A DNA stretch of 64,000 bases from the NCBI GenBank assembly GCA_000934665.2, contig KZ538512.1:1-64000 (forward strand). The letters run 5' to 3'. The stretch comes from Catajapyx aquilonaris. Its lineage: Eukaryota. The notes under the pieces are model-generated. The model was not told the DNA's origin. It ran no database searches and saw only the letters and a program-made list of their open reading frames with translations. The position numbers and the translations under genes are program-made. This document shows positions 51,888 to 64,000 of this stretch, piece after piece (position 1 is the first letter of the stretch; the number at the start of each line of letters is the position of its first letter).

Positions 51888-52969
51888 TTTGCGTCACTCC
51901 TACAGTCCTATTAGGTACCGCGCTGAGGTCTGCTCGCTAACGAGCTGCACTGTGCACTGGCTTTAGTTCCTGCACGCTTGGCAAGGAGCGTGGCAAGGAG
52001 GCTGCTCATATGCAGTAGTTCTTGGTCAATATTAGTCAAGGACAAAGGGAGGACTAGTGACGCCCGTGGCAGCGGAACAAACCTTGATAAAGTTGGGATG
52101 TATCTGGAAATTCAACGTAGGAAAATACATTCTGTAGTCGTCATCTTCAGATGGACGGGATATTATCCATTGGAGTTAACAAGTAATAAATTATAATGTA
52201 TTATCTTCCACTGTAATCATTGGTGCAATATTGCTAGCAATGAGTTTGGCAGAATGTTGTTGTGGGTGCGTGAACATGTGTGTGGGTTGTAATGTACAAC
52301 CTAGTTACTTCTTTGATCTACATTATGCCCTCATGTCCGCAAATATACGTATTTTAAGGGCGGTAGCCCTGAAGTAAGACCGTAGCATAGCGTTTCAACA
52401 ATGAATTTTTCCTACTTCTTGTTTTTGTTACGTTTTTTTTATTCGCCATAACTCAAATTCTGCTGTAGGTAGAGCTTACACATTTTGAACACAGATCCCC
52501 ACCGTCGTGAATTGATTTCCTACCATTTACACTTTTACTTAATTCCTCTTCAAACCGCCGCGCCGCAAAAAATTTAAAACCACTAAAAATTCATCTCTAT
52601 TTTTTTCTCAATAACTATTCGGAATTTGGTTTCTTCATCAAAGGGCCGAAGGTGCAGTGGGATGGTGCGGATCTACGTTCAAAACCTGACATTTCCACCT
52701 TCTACGGGATAGAGGTCATGAATTTGTTCCCCCTTATTTTTCCCGTCATTTCCTCATTTGTTCATGATGCCATAACCTAGCAACGTCAGTTGTTGTTTAC
52801 CACCTCATATATTGTTGTGGGTCTTCTTTCAATTATTATTTTCAGGTGGAAAGCGATTCTGAATAGGGGTCGCCGGGCACGGAATCGCGGATATGTGAAT
52901 GCACCTTTAGATTTTTATGAGAACAAATGCGAATATTTATTATGAGGGACACGGCAGCTCAATGGGATT

Positions 52970-55773
52970 TTATTGGCTTCTCTTCTCTACGTTGAGCCAG
53001 ACGCCATTTGTGGCACGACTTATGTTGGACGTCAATGAATACTTCATAGGAATCTGCGTCTTCTCGGATGGTAGGAAACGGAAGCGTAGAATGGTTGTTG
53101 CCAAAGCAGCTTTAGCTTCCATCAAAGCAAATCGCATTCCTATAGAATGGAAAAAATTAGCAAAAATTATAATGCAATAATTTTTATTTTAGAATACCTT
53201 TTTTGCGCTCAGTTAGTTATATCACTTTTGCTTACGTCAACGAATGAAAGTTTATTAATAAACTTAACACGTAAGACTTGATAAAAAGGGGGCATATACC
53301 CGATGAGAATGGGGAAGAGGGGTTATTTGTAGGTGCTCGAGCATTGATTTATATGAGTGCCTAAGTGCCTTCATCAATATTCAATTACTGTTTCTGTACA
53401 TTTGAAAAATGTCGGTTTGTCACATCTTGATATTCAGTTTCAAAATCTATATGGCATGAACGTTTGATTTAGTTATACATTCATAATTACCATTTCATTC
53501 CAATTAATTTGACGCATTGCATCACTTGGTGGTGGAAGTGTTTTGGGACAAAAACTACAGAATACATGAGGCACGTGTTTTCAGAAAATAATTCAATTTT
53601 TGGATTAAGCATATCTTGCTTGTGGAGACAAATCTGATACTTGTCTGACTTTAAAAAAAAATAGAAAATTGAAAATTGAAAAATAGAAAGCTTCTTTTAA
53701 TCAAAATCCCAGAGACTGAAACAACCTGTGGGTCTCACTACTTGGCATGTCATGCCACGTATTATTACTAAAATCTTACCAATGCAATTTCGTGGCCCAT
53801 GTCCAAAGGGCTGAAACACGTAGGGGTTTCTCTTGGCCTTTTCTTCACGGCTGAACCTTTCTGGATCGAACTTGGTTGGATTCGGGTAGTAACGCTCGTC
53901 GCGGTGTATCGCAAAGGCTGGAAAGGTCACCAGGGTGCCCTTCTGGAGTACCATGTCTGTACCCGGGATCTGATAGTCTTTCGTGCACTTCCTAATATTT
54001 CTAAATGTAGGAATGTGCAAGCGAAGGGTTTCTGAAATACAGTACATAAATATTTTACCGTAGGCCTAGTAGTATTATAATTTATGACAACCACGACAAC
54101 AACAAAAAACAATTCCACATATACATAGTTTAAATATATTCACATTTGCAATAAATGTTAATGCACCGCCCACCATTTTACATGCCCAGCAGTGTACTCT
54201 TGGGGACATGCAATATTGTGTGCCATTTTTGGGAAAATAATTACATCAATTTACTAAGAGAAATTCAATATATTGTCCGCCTTTTCTTTACACCTGACCA
54301 TATTGGGAATACAGTCATGGCCTCTCTTTGTTATGTAGCGGAAATATCTCACCATGAATTACTTTGTCCAGTAGTTCCATCTCCATGACGCCATCGTAAG
54401 TGACTTGGCCCTCATGTTTGTCAACTACCTCTTTGATCTCTTGATACAGTTCTTCCTGAATTTCTGGATGGAGGGCCAACTCGTAGGCAGCAAATCCGAG
54501 GGTGTTGGCAGTGGTCTCGTAGCCAGCAATGAAGAATATTACGCACTGAGCGATTATCAATGACTCATCCAAAACTGGAAGTACAGAGTTATTTTTAAGT
54601 GATTCTGCGATAAATAAAGCTATCTACTGTCACAGATGTAGATATAGTTCAGTTGTTAGATATTAGTACGTGAGTAGACTTATTTTTTCGACCGCAGAAA
54701 ATGACTTTATGTGCCAATGGGTCAGACATGTATTTCAATCCAGAACCAGAATATTATACTTTTCCTGCTCTACTTAATATTAGAAACATATAAAACGAAC
54801 AAATGTTGATAACACCCACAACATGCTTACCTGATTTGGATAGCTCTTGGTTTTCTTTCACATTTGTAGTGTCTTCTTCAACCTGATCAGATTCCGTTTC
54901 GAGTTTCAACTCTCCCTTTCTTGCATCCAGAAGCAACTGTAAAAAGTCATTTCCTTTCACCCCAGACTTTTCGCGCTCTGCAATCGTCTCCTTTGCGACG
55001 TCCGCAAAAAAATCCATGGACTCTGTGTAATTAGGCAAAGGAAAATGTATAGCTCGTAAAAACTTCAGGAATTTAGGGAACACTAACGACATCATCAGGG
55101 TTATGAACAGGCGTGGCGGGGGAGACATCATATTGTTGGCCATCTTGGGGAAAATTGCGTCCTTGTCTATGAAGGAATTGCACTTGACCCCGAACGCAGA
55201 GGCCGCGATCACGTCCATTGTGAACCTTCCGTACACATCTTTGACCTCTACTTCCTCTCCAGTTTCAGCAAATGTATCTAAATACTCCATCATCTGTTCG
55301 CCACTTTGACGCACAGAAGGAAAGATTTGTTTGATTTTTCCGGAAGTAAAGGTGGGGGATATGACACTCCTTACGTCCTTCCACAGTTGTCCCGTTAAGT
55401 TGCTTAAAACCAAGTTCATGTACTTGAGCTCGTCTCCCAGATCGAAAGTGGACCTGTCCACAAAGTGTTCAAAATCTTTCACAAAAATGTGCTTCATCAG
55501 TTCAGGATCTAGAATCCACACGTTCGGCCCTACCATGTCAATGGCCCCAACAAATCGCATCCCCAACACTTTTTTGTAAACCGCTTGGACGGCATTTCCG
55601 TTTGACTTGGTCACGAATATGGTGTGCAAAAAACTCTTCCAAAAGAGAGTCGCCGGTAGGGCCGGAACTCCTCTTCTTTTCCAGTAACCCCCACTCCACC
55701 ACAGGAATATTGTCACCAATAAGGTCACCCCCACCAGTGGGACTAAGGGAAGGCACAACAACCACCACCACAT
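52970..55773 (-). CDS. Cytochrome P450 gene 13 (lineage C), about 528 aa
   Basis: Exons 55773-54831, 54574-54353, 54031-53780, 53139-52970. Closest paralogue of gene 9. Confidence 0.95.
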
Positions 55774-56730
55774 CGTGAAGAGGCTCGCTGTACACTGATG
55801 ACAAGCTCACTTTTCAATGGAAGAATTGCACGTTATTGCACCATGTTGGGCATGATGCGAATGGAGTGGTTTCTAGCGGTGGCGTACAGTACTTTCAGGA
55901 CGAGTTTCTCAGTAACCTGTCCCCTTATACACAATCTTTCGACCATGATAAGTTCTACACGTGCTCGAGCTCACACAACATGACTTTACATTACGTAAAC
56001 TTTTTTGTGCCACTTGGATCGTGGTACTTTCAGGCCTCCAGTAGTTCAATTCACCTTGAAGTTGACTGTATAATCAATCCAAGATGGATATAGCCTACAC
56101 ATGATATACACTATACTGTACAGTGTACACTGTGTATATCCATCCTGTGAATATGCACGATATGTTAAAGAAACACTTGTGTCGTTGGATAACAATCACT
56201 TGAAATGATTACGATGACGTGTTTTGAAGATTTTTCCTTGCCATTGCATTGCAGCCAGAAATATCGTAAAAGTGGCAAATATCAGTAGATTATGCAAGAT
56301 GTGCATGTTATGTGAATTAGAAATACGATGTAGGATCCGCAATATTTGGTATAATTTTGGAACTTGCTTTGCTTCTACACAGCATGATAATGAACAAAAT
56401 TGCATTTGAATAAAGAATAAAAAACTCGATATACTTTTTTTTTGCAAATTACTGGTAGTATTAGGAATAATAATTATATTTTTGTGCATTTTCACACATC
56501 CGGTGTTCACCTATTGGAGTTGGGGATGACAAAGTATATACAGTTGAAATAGTGCAATAGCAAAAAATGGAACGTCAGGAAAAATTATAAATGATATTTT
56601 CTAGTTATTATGGCAGTGTATTTTGCAAAAGTGCGTGGTTCCAAGGTATGCATACAAGACGCAGGTAATATTGGCAGAATACATATCGTTATGAGATCAT
56701 CCACAGTATAAATACCAAACCCTCTAACAA

Positions 56731-58990
56731 TCAATCGCTTCTCCTTGTCACTTTGAGCCAAACACCGTCTCTAGCTCGACTTAATGAGGCAGCCAGGGAA
56801 TATTTCATTGGAATTTGCGTCTTCTGGGAAGGTTGGAAGCGATAGTGGAGAATGGTGGTCGCTAGTGCAGCTTTGGCTTCCATCAAGGCAAATCTCATAC
56901 CTGGAAACAAAACAAAACAAAACCATGAAATTATTCATAGCTGTGTATCGAATAACTGTACTTCCGATGCACACGTATTCATGTAAATTAATCAGTTCAT
57001 CTGATATGTTCAACACATATAAGTAACAAGTGGTGTACTGGAATAAGCTTAGTGGGTACCGGTACTCTACTATGTTGCATTGGATTATGTAGCTTTGGTG
57101 AAAAAAATATAAACATAATGTTAGATATTAATACGTATATTAGATGTCAAGGCGAGAGTTCGTGTAAGAGTTTTTAATATTGATTAACGTACCAACGCAA
57201 TTTCGTGGCCCGTGTCCGAATGCCTGGAAGACGTATGGACTTCTTTTGGCCTTTTCTTCTTGGCTGAATCTTTCTGGATCGAACTTAGTCGGGTTGGGGT
57301 AGTAACGCTCGTCTCGGTGTATTGCAAAGGTTGGAAAGGTCACCAGTGTGCCCTTCTTGATGACATGGTCCGTACCTGGGATCTGGTAGTCTTTGGTGCA
57401 CAGCCGAAAATTTCTAAGTGCAGGTGTGTGAAGGCGGAGAGTTTCTGTAAAAGTACAGCGTGAACATGTAATGAGCCACAATACATATCCTCCAATGGAA
57501 CTTCTTACATTGTTAGGTTAGCAAGCTGAATTTATCGAATTTTGACAACAACAGGGTTAAGTATGTAGGCCTAATTCCTTACAGCACTTACAATGACTTG
57601 TCACTAATAAACAAAGAAGTAAATATATCTTGATTGCAGGTCTAAATAATCAATATGTTATTACAGTTTTGTATTGCTATCAGTAGCAGATTTTGTTCAA
57701 ATTGTTGTTGTGGTGACATCTACCACGACTTGTATGAAACGTGTATCTCATATAAGTTACCGTGAATGACTTTGTCCAGCAGCTCCATTTCCATGACGGC
57801 TTCATAAGTGACTTGTCCTTTGTACTTGTCTGTCACATCTTTAACCTCTTCATGTAATCTCTCCTGCAGCTCCGGATTGAGGACCAGCTCATAGGCAGCA
57901 AATCCCAGAGTGTTGGCCGTAGTTTCGTAGCCAGCAATGAAGAATATTATGCACTGGGCAATGACCATTGTCTCATCCAAAACTGAAAATATCAAAACAA
58001 TTTTGTTGATAATGTCACGCGTGCAAGTAAAGTCCGAATATTACCAGCTTTAGAGATGGTTTTGCGTTCTTCTGCAGATTTGAGATCCTTGTTGTAACCA
58101 ATTAATTTATCTGACTCCTCATCTTCCTGCAATTCTCCCTTCTTGGCATCCAAAAGCAATTGCAAAAAGTCATTCCCTTTCACTCCGCTCTTCTCGCGCA
58201 CTGCAATAGTCTCTTTAGTCACATTTACAAAGAAATTCAATGCATCATCGGCGTTTGGCAGTGGAATCCGTATCGCCCGCAAAATCCTGATAAATCTTGG
58301 AGCAAAAAACGACAAGAGAGTGACAATGAAGACACTCGGCTTCGGAAACATCAACATGCTCGCCATCTTGGGGAATATTGCGTCATCATCCAGAAACGAA
58401 TTGCACTTGACCCCGAATGCAGAAGCTGCGATCACATCCATCGTGAACCTCCCGTAGGCGTCTTTGACCTCCACTTCCTCTCCCTTGTCGGCAATTCGAT
58501 CCAAGTACAACTTTAATTGTCCACCACTCTCACACACTGATGGAAAGATTCTCTTGATCTTGCCAGAAGTGAAGGTCGGGGTCACTACATTCCTGACGTC
58601 CTTCCAGAGCTGACCCGACAGGTTGCTCATCATCTCGTTCATGTACTTTTTACCAAAACTGATACTGGTTCTGTCCACGAAGTGGTCAAAATCTTTCACA
58701 AATATGTTCTTCATTAATTCGGGGTCAAGAACCATCAGATTAGGTCCAAACACATCGACAACTCCGACATATTTTTTACCGGCTAATTTTTTGTACACCG
58801 CCACTCCGGCATCGCCATTGGACTTGGTCACAAATATGGCGTGAAAGAAACACTTCCAAAACAGGGTCACTGGCGCTGATGGGAATCCTCTTCTTTGCCA
58901 GTAACCACCACTCCACACCAGAAATACGGTCACCAATAAGGTCACTCCCACCAGAGGAATTAAAATGATGTAGGCTAACACCCACCACAT
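56731..58990 (-). CDS. Cytochrome P450 gene 14 (lineage E), about 529 aa
   Basis: Exons 58990-58045, 57982-57761, 57444-57193, 56900-56731. Motifs intact. Confidence 0.95.
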
Positions 58991-59287
58991 AATGACAATC
59001 ACGATGCTGCCTGCTATACAGCTGGATTGCAACTGGCGGGAAAATGGAAAACTAGGGTGCGCAGCAGGTTTTTATCATCTCTTTGTTCACACGCAAGGAC
59101 ATAGATGATGTAATAGTAACGCAAGGTTACCGGGTTGCAGGTTTCGATTTCGGTCTGAAAATTTTGTACGTATGGCTTCATTCTTCTTTATTGCTTGAAA
59201 TATTGACTTGATTAATTGAATTTTGGCAAGTTATACTAGTGTACAACTCTCGTACAGTAGATAAAGCATCAGACCATTACAAAAAAA

Positions 59288-61415
59288 TCAGTTGTCTCTC
59301 TTCACCACTTTAAGCCATACCCCATTACTAGCGCGACATAGTGAAGCAGCCAGAGAATATTTCATTGGAATTTGAGTCCTTTCGGAAGGTTCGAAGCGGA
59401 AGTGAAGAATGGTTGTTGCTAATGCAGCTTTGGCTTCCATAAGGGCAAATCTCATACCTGAAAATAGGGGGAAAAATAACCGATTAATTCAATAATATAC
59501 GGTATCCCTTGGTGTCAAAAGCTGTATTGAGTAGGAAGTACGGATATTCTCCATAAATTGTACACTATAGCAGAAATGCGGAATATTTTTATGGATTTTA
59601 AAAACTAGAAGCCCAAATGGACAATCGGTTATTTACGTCCAAACTTACCAACGCAATTTCTTGGCCCATGTCCAAATGACTGGAAGAGGTAGGGACTTCT
59701 CTTGGCCTTTTCTTCCTGACTGAATCTCTCGGGATCGAACTTCATCGGGTTAGGGTAATAATCCTCATCGTGATGGACAGCAAATGACGGGAAAATCACC
59801 ATGGAGCCTTTCGGGATTACGTCGTCAGTGCCTGGAATCTGATACTCTTTGGTGCATACCCGCATAGTTTTAAAGACAGGGGTGTGGAGGCGAAGTGTTT
59901 CTGGAAAATAGGCAGGTTGACAATATATTTTGGGCTTCACTCCTGGAATTATTAGTCATGGATTTCTTTCTATTGCCTCTTGGAAAAGTTTGCAAACTTG
60001 AGAGAAACATTTAGTCAAATTGGCGTTTAAGTTACTTTAAGAAGTAGAGTATGTCACTGTGCCAAATGAAGGATGGATTTAACCCAGAGGCAGTGGGTAC
60101 TACTTCAGACCCTGGAAAAAAACCCACCCAAAATAATTATTCAGCTAGAATGTTGGGGAAGAACCATTTATCATACCGTGAATGACCTTGTCCAGCAATT
60201 CCATTTCCATGATGGCATCGTACGTGATTTGTCCCTTGTGCTTTTCAACGACCCTCTTAATTTCCTCGTACAACTCTTCTTGAATTTCTGGATGAAGGGC
60301 CAACTCGTAGGTAGCAAATCCGAGTGTGTTGGCCGTGGTTTCATAGCCAGCAAGGAAGAATAATATGCACTGGGCTATAATCAGCGTCTCATTCATAACT
60401 GGAAAATGAAAAGACTTTAAATTACTGCAGCACATTATGTTGATTGCGATTATTATACATTACCAGCTTTGGATAGGGCCCTGCGTTCTTCTGCCGATTC
60501 GAGATCCTTGCTATAACCGATCAATTTATCGGATTCGGCTTCTTCCTGCAATTCTCCTTTCTTTGAATCCAGAAGCATTTGCAAGAAGTCATTCCCTCTA
60601 ACTCCACTTTTTTCACGCTGCGCAATTGTCGCTTTTGTTACTTCAGCAAAAAATAAAATGGCATCGTCGGAATTGGGCAATGGAAATCGTATGGCGCGTA
60701 AAAAGGTCATTAATTTGGGAGCGATGAAGTTCAACATCATCACAATGAAGACTATCGGCTTCGGGAACATCATCTTGCTGGCCATTTTTGGGAAAAGTGC
60801 TTCTTCATCTCTAAATGAGTTACACTTGACTCCGAAGGCAGATGCTGCGATCACATCCATCGTGAACCTCCCGAAGGCATCTTTGACCTCTATTTCCTCT
60901 CTATTTTCAGCAAATTTATCAAAATGCCCCTTCAGCTGTTCACCAATTTCATGAACGGACGGAAATACCCTCTTGATCTTGCCAGAAGTGAAGCTCGGGG
61001 TCATCACATTCCTCACATCTTTCCACTGCTGCCCTGTCAGGTTACTTAATGCTTGGTTGAAATACTCATATTTCTTCCCAAAGCTGACTTGGGTTCTGTC
61101 TACAAAATGGTCAAAATCCTTCACGAAAACATTCTTCATTAATTCAGGATCTCTGATCAAAATGCCTGGTCCAAATAAATCCCACACTCCGATATATTTT
61201 TTCCCGGCCAATTTTTTGTACATGGCTACATCGGCGTCGCCATTGGTCTTGGTGACAAATATGGCGTGGAGGAGACATTTCAAAAACAGAGTAACGGGGG
61301 CAGAGGGAAATCCTCTCCGTTCCCAGTAACCACCACTCCACACCAGTAATAACGTCACCAGTAAGGTCACTCCCACAAGAGGAATGATAACGAGGTAGGC
61401 CAACAACCACCACAT
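59288..61415 (-). CDS. Cytochrome P450 gene 15 (lineage E), about 531 aa
   Basis: Exons 61415-60464, 60398-60177, 59900-59649, 59457-59288. Motifs [26 protein letters not shown]. Confidence 0.95.
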
Positions 61416-62579
61416 GTTGGAGAGACTACACCTTCACTCACTGCGACTTTTGATTGCCAACTGAGCTTGGAGATTAGTGAGCCACAGAGGGTGCTTCTAC
61501 ACGTCCCAGAGTGCTATTTGTTCTTTCTATCTGCCTGGGGAGATAGGAAAGGCCAAACACACGATGCCCTTGAGTCTTATATTCGAGGACCAGGTGCCTT
61601 CACTTCACTTTAAAATTTGTTGAATATGTATTTTTATTTCAGAACTTACTGATTCATTTTTGTCTGTTTGTATTCTATTCCTACTGCTCTCTGACGTTTC
61701 TTCTGACGTTTCCGATGTGTTGGACAACATAGTAGTGATTTTTATGCAAGTTCCATCGATAGCTGTACATAACCAACATAACCAAGTCACCATAACAAAA
61801 TAATTTCAACTGCGACATGTGCGCATGATGTGGGCTATTGGTCTGCAATATATCTGTTGATAGTGCACTTACTGTAGAGAGATGACACAACCAAGTGTCA
61901 CATCAACGCCATATGGATGGCATATGACTGCAAAAGTTAGATCATAATTTCATATTGAACGATTCTTTGCTGCTGCACATAGAGTGTTGGAATATTGACG
62001 AACGTCGAGTAGGTGCAATGGGTTGCTATACAACCCACTGCGAAATCACTTCCAATTGATTTATGAGAGTTCAGGTTTGTTACGGATATAATCGTATATT
62101 ACATTTTACACAAGCTAGTGGTAGGGGTCATCCTGCGTGTCTGACGGGCCCCAAAGGGCCAGTGCTGCATGGGCCGCCTTGTGTGACGGATGATCACGTA
62201 CCACCAACTTCGCCAAGAAAATTCTTATTTGGATAACGACCTCAAAGGTATAATCCGAATGAAAGTTGACATTTTTTCCCAACCTTAATAATATTCGATT
62301 CGCACAACTAATGTGAGTTGACTAATCTTAATCTAGACAAGTATTGCAGATGGCAAAAACTATTTACAAACAGATTGATTAATTTTTAATTACAATATTT
62401 CTTATGAGTTAAGTGCACCTTGCACAAATATGATGAGTCGTTTACATAATTATATTCAGCGTGGTCCAAAATATTTGTCCGATGCCCATATCTATTTGTC
62501 AGAACTGATCTGTTCATTTTGAAGTAGTTACATTTTTTTTGTAAAGTTACTTTTAATGGTTTTCAGATATATTAGCTCT

Positions 62580-62815
62580 GGGAATTTCCACGCAAACACA
62601 GACATATTGTCCGTTCGTTACTCAGGTTTTGCAGACATGAACTAGTGTATTTCATTGTAACAATACACACACACGTTGCATGAAATGGATTAGTATGCTT
62701 ACTAATCAATTTCATGCAATGTGTGTGTGTATTGTTACAATAAAATACGCTAGTACATGTCTGCAAAACCTGCGTAACTAACGGACAATATGTCTGTGTT
62801 TGCGTGGAAATGCCC
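62580..62815. mobile_element. Palindromic MITE (236 bp)
   Basis: Arms of about 115 bp, GGGAATTTCCACGCAAACACAGACATATTGTCCGTT... / ...AACGGACAATATGTCTGTGTTTGCGTGGAAATGCCC, with a loop of about 4 nt. Confidence 0.8.
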
Positions 62816-63504
62816 TACTACAGTAATACTAAACGACAGGGTATTACGCGTGATATATGCTAATGACAAAACACACTTTGTGCATAATTATATCAATTCC
62901 CCCCATGAAGGTTTTTAATATTACTACGCGTAATCGAACATCAGCAGCTAATACCTTTGATGACCATTAAAACTAACCACGCTAAAGTGATTGGTAAAAT
63001 AAGCAGATTATTGCCAAAAAGTATTGTCCGCGATTACTCAACTAAAGAAATCAGGAAGATTCAGCAGGCTTTTAGGAATGAAGCAATGCGGGTCGAAAGG
63101 ACTATACGAGTATGTTGAAGGAGTAGGCTACCAACTCGGTAGGTGGCGTAATTTTTTGTGGGATAAGGTCGGATACATTTTTTAAAAATACGCTGGGGAG
63201 CTATTACTTTGCATACATGAGCATTGCATATCAGGAGCTCGCCTTCCATATTTATAATGTTGTCAGTCTTATAATAATAACGACACCCCTAGTGTTTAAT
63301 AATCACATTGTGGATATTGTTGATTTATTTTTACCCAAAGATACCGGGTATCAGTAAAATTCTAAGAACGAATATATGTATTCCATTTGCTTATATAATT
63401 ATTCCTTAATATGCCTTGGTACTTAACAATGTAAACTCAATTTATTATTAGAACAGAGGTTTCTAACATTCAAGTACAAAATTCACGAGGATTTTACCAA
63501 ATCA

Positions 63505-64000
63505 TTACTTATTTCTTTTAACAACTTTGAGCCAGACCCCATTACTGGCTCGACTGAGAACGGCAGCCAGAGAATATTTCATTGGAATTTGAGTTCTTTT
63601 GGAAGGTTCGAAGCGGAAGTGAAGAATGGTTGTTGCTAATGCAGCTTTGGCTTCCATCAAGGCAAATCGCATACCTGGAAATATGAAGAAATAACAATCA
63701 TATTAATTGCATTATACTGCATATCGCTTGAGTATCATAACCTCTACTGGGTAGGATATAGGGATATTCCCCATTAACGGTACACTGTAGCAGAAACACG
63801 ACATATAAGTTACGTTGAGATAATAATTATTAAAAGCAGTTGTTGCTCAGGTTAAGCATTTATCGGTTAGGTTCTTACCAACGCAACTTCTTGGCCCGTG
63901 CCCAAATGACTGGAAGAAGTAAGGACTTCTCTTGGCCTTTTCTTCTGGACTGAACCTCCCGGGATCGAACTTCATCGGGTTAGGAAAATAAGTCTCGTCG
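63505..64000 (-). CDS. Cytochrome P450 gene 16 (lineage E), 3' part only (window edge)
   Basis: End of exon 3 (64000-63879: [32 protein letters not shown]) and complete exon 4 (63674-63505). Confidence 0.9.

Noticed and set aside
52353..52910. Possible TTAA-type DNA transposon between genes 12 and 13
   Set aside because: It fills the gap between two homology blocks, but the termini match too weakly to call as a feature.
1026..61329. Many recurring plus-strand and alternative-frame ORFs overlapping the P450 exons (for example MNSSSSPFLALVSKYST..., MSERLVDVRIPLG...)
   Set aside because: These are antisense or off-frame shadows of conserved P450 codons. They recur only because the genes are paralogous.
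439..64000. Assigning specific gene symbols (such as CYP9E2, CYP6 or CYP3A) or a species
   Set aside because: The motifs support clan 3 only. Family naming needs identity comparisons that cannot be run here.

Overview
Eukaryotic genomic DNA, most likely arthropod (inferred from protein type and repeat content). It is almost entirely a head-to-tail tandem array of 16 clan-3-type (CYP6/CYP9/CYP3-like) microsomal cytochrome P450 genes, all on the minus strand. Fourteen are complete. Gene 1 lacks exon 4 within the window and gene 16 is cut by the right edge. All share one 4-exon plan: exon 1 is 943-964 nt, exon 2 is 222 nt, exon 3 is 252 nt and exon 4 is 167-179 nt, with three phase-1 GT-AG introns and the last intron just after the heme Cys. 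The genes fall into five lineages in the order A A B A B A A B C D E D C E E E. Spacers and introns hold P450 exon remnants, a Helitron, tRNA-derived SINEs, several MITEs (some nested, several with empty sites visible in paralogues), microsatellites and one assembly gap. The most striking extra signals are two back-to-back 103-nt palindromes upstream of gene 8, a recurring FTZ-F1/NR5A-type motif in otherwise divergent promoters, active-site motif variants in some paralogues, and mosaic (gene-conversion-like) exon 1 sequences. Exon coordinates were read by hand, and exact CYP family names cannot be assigned without a database search.
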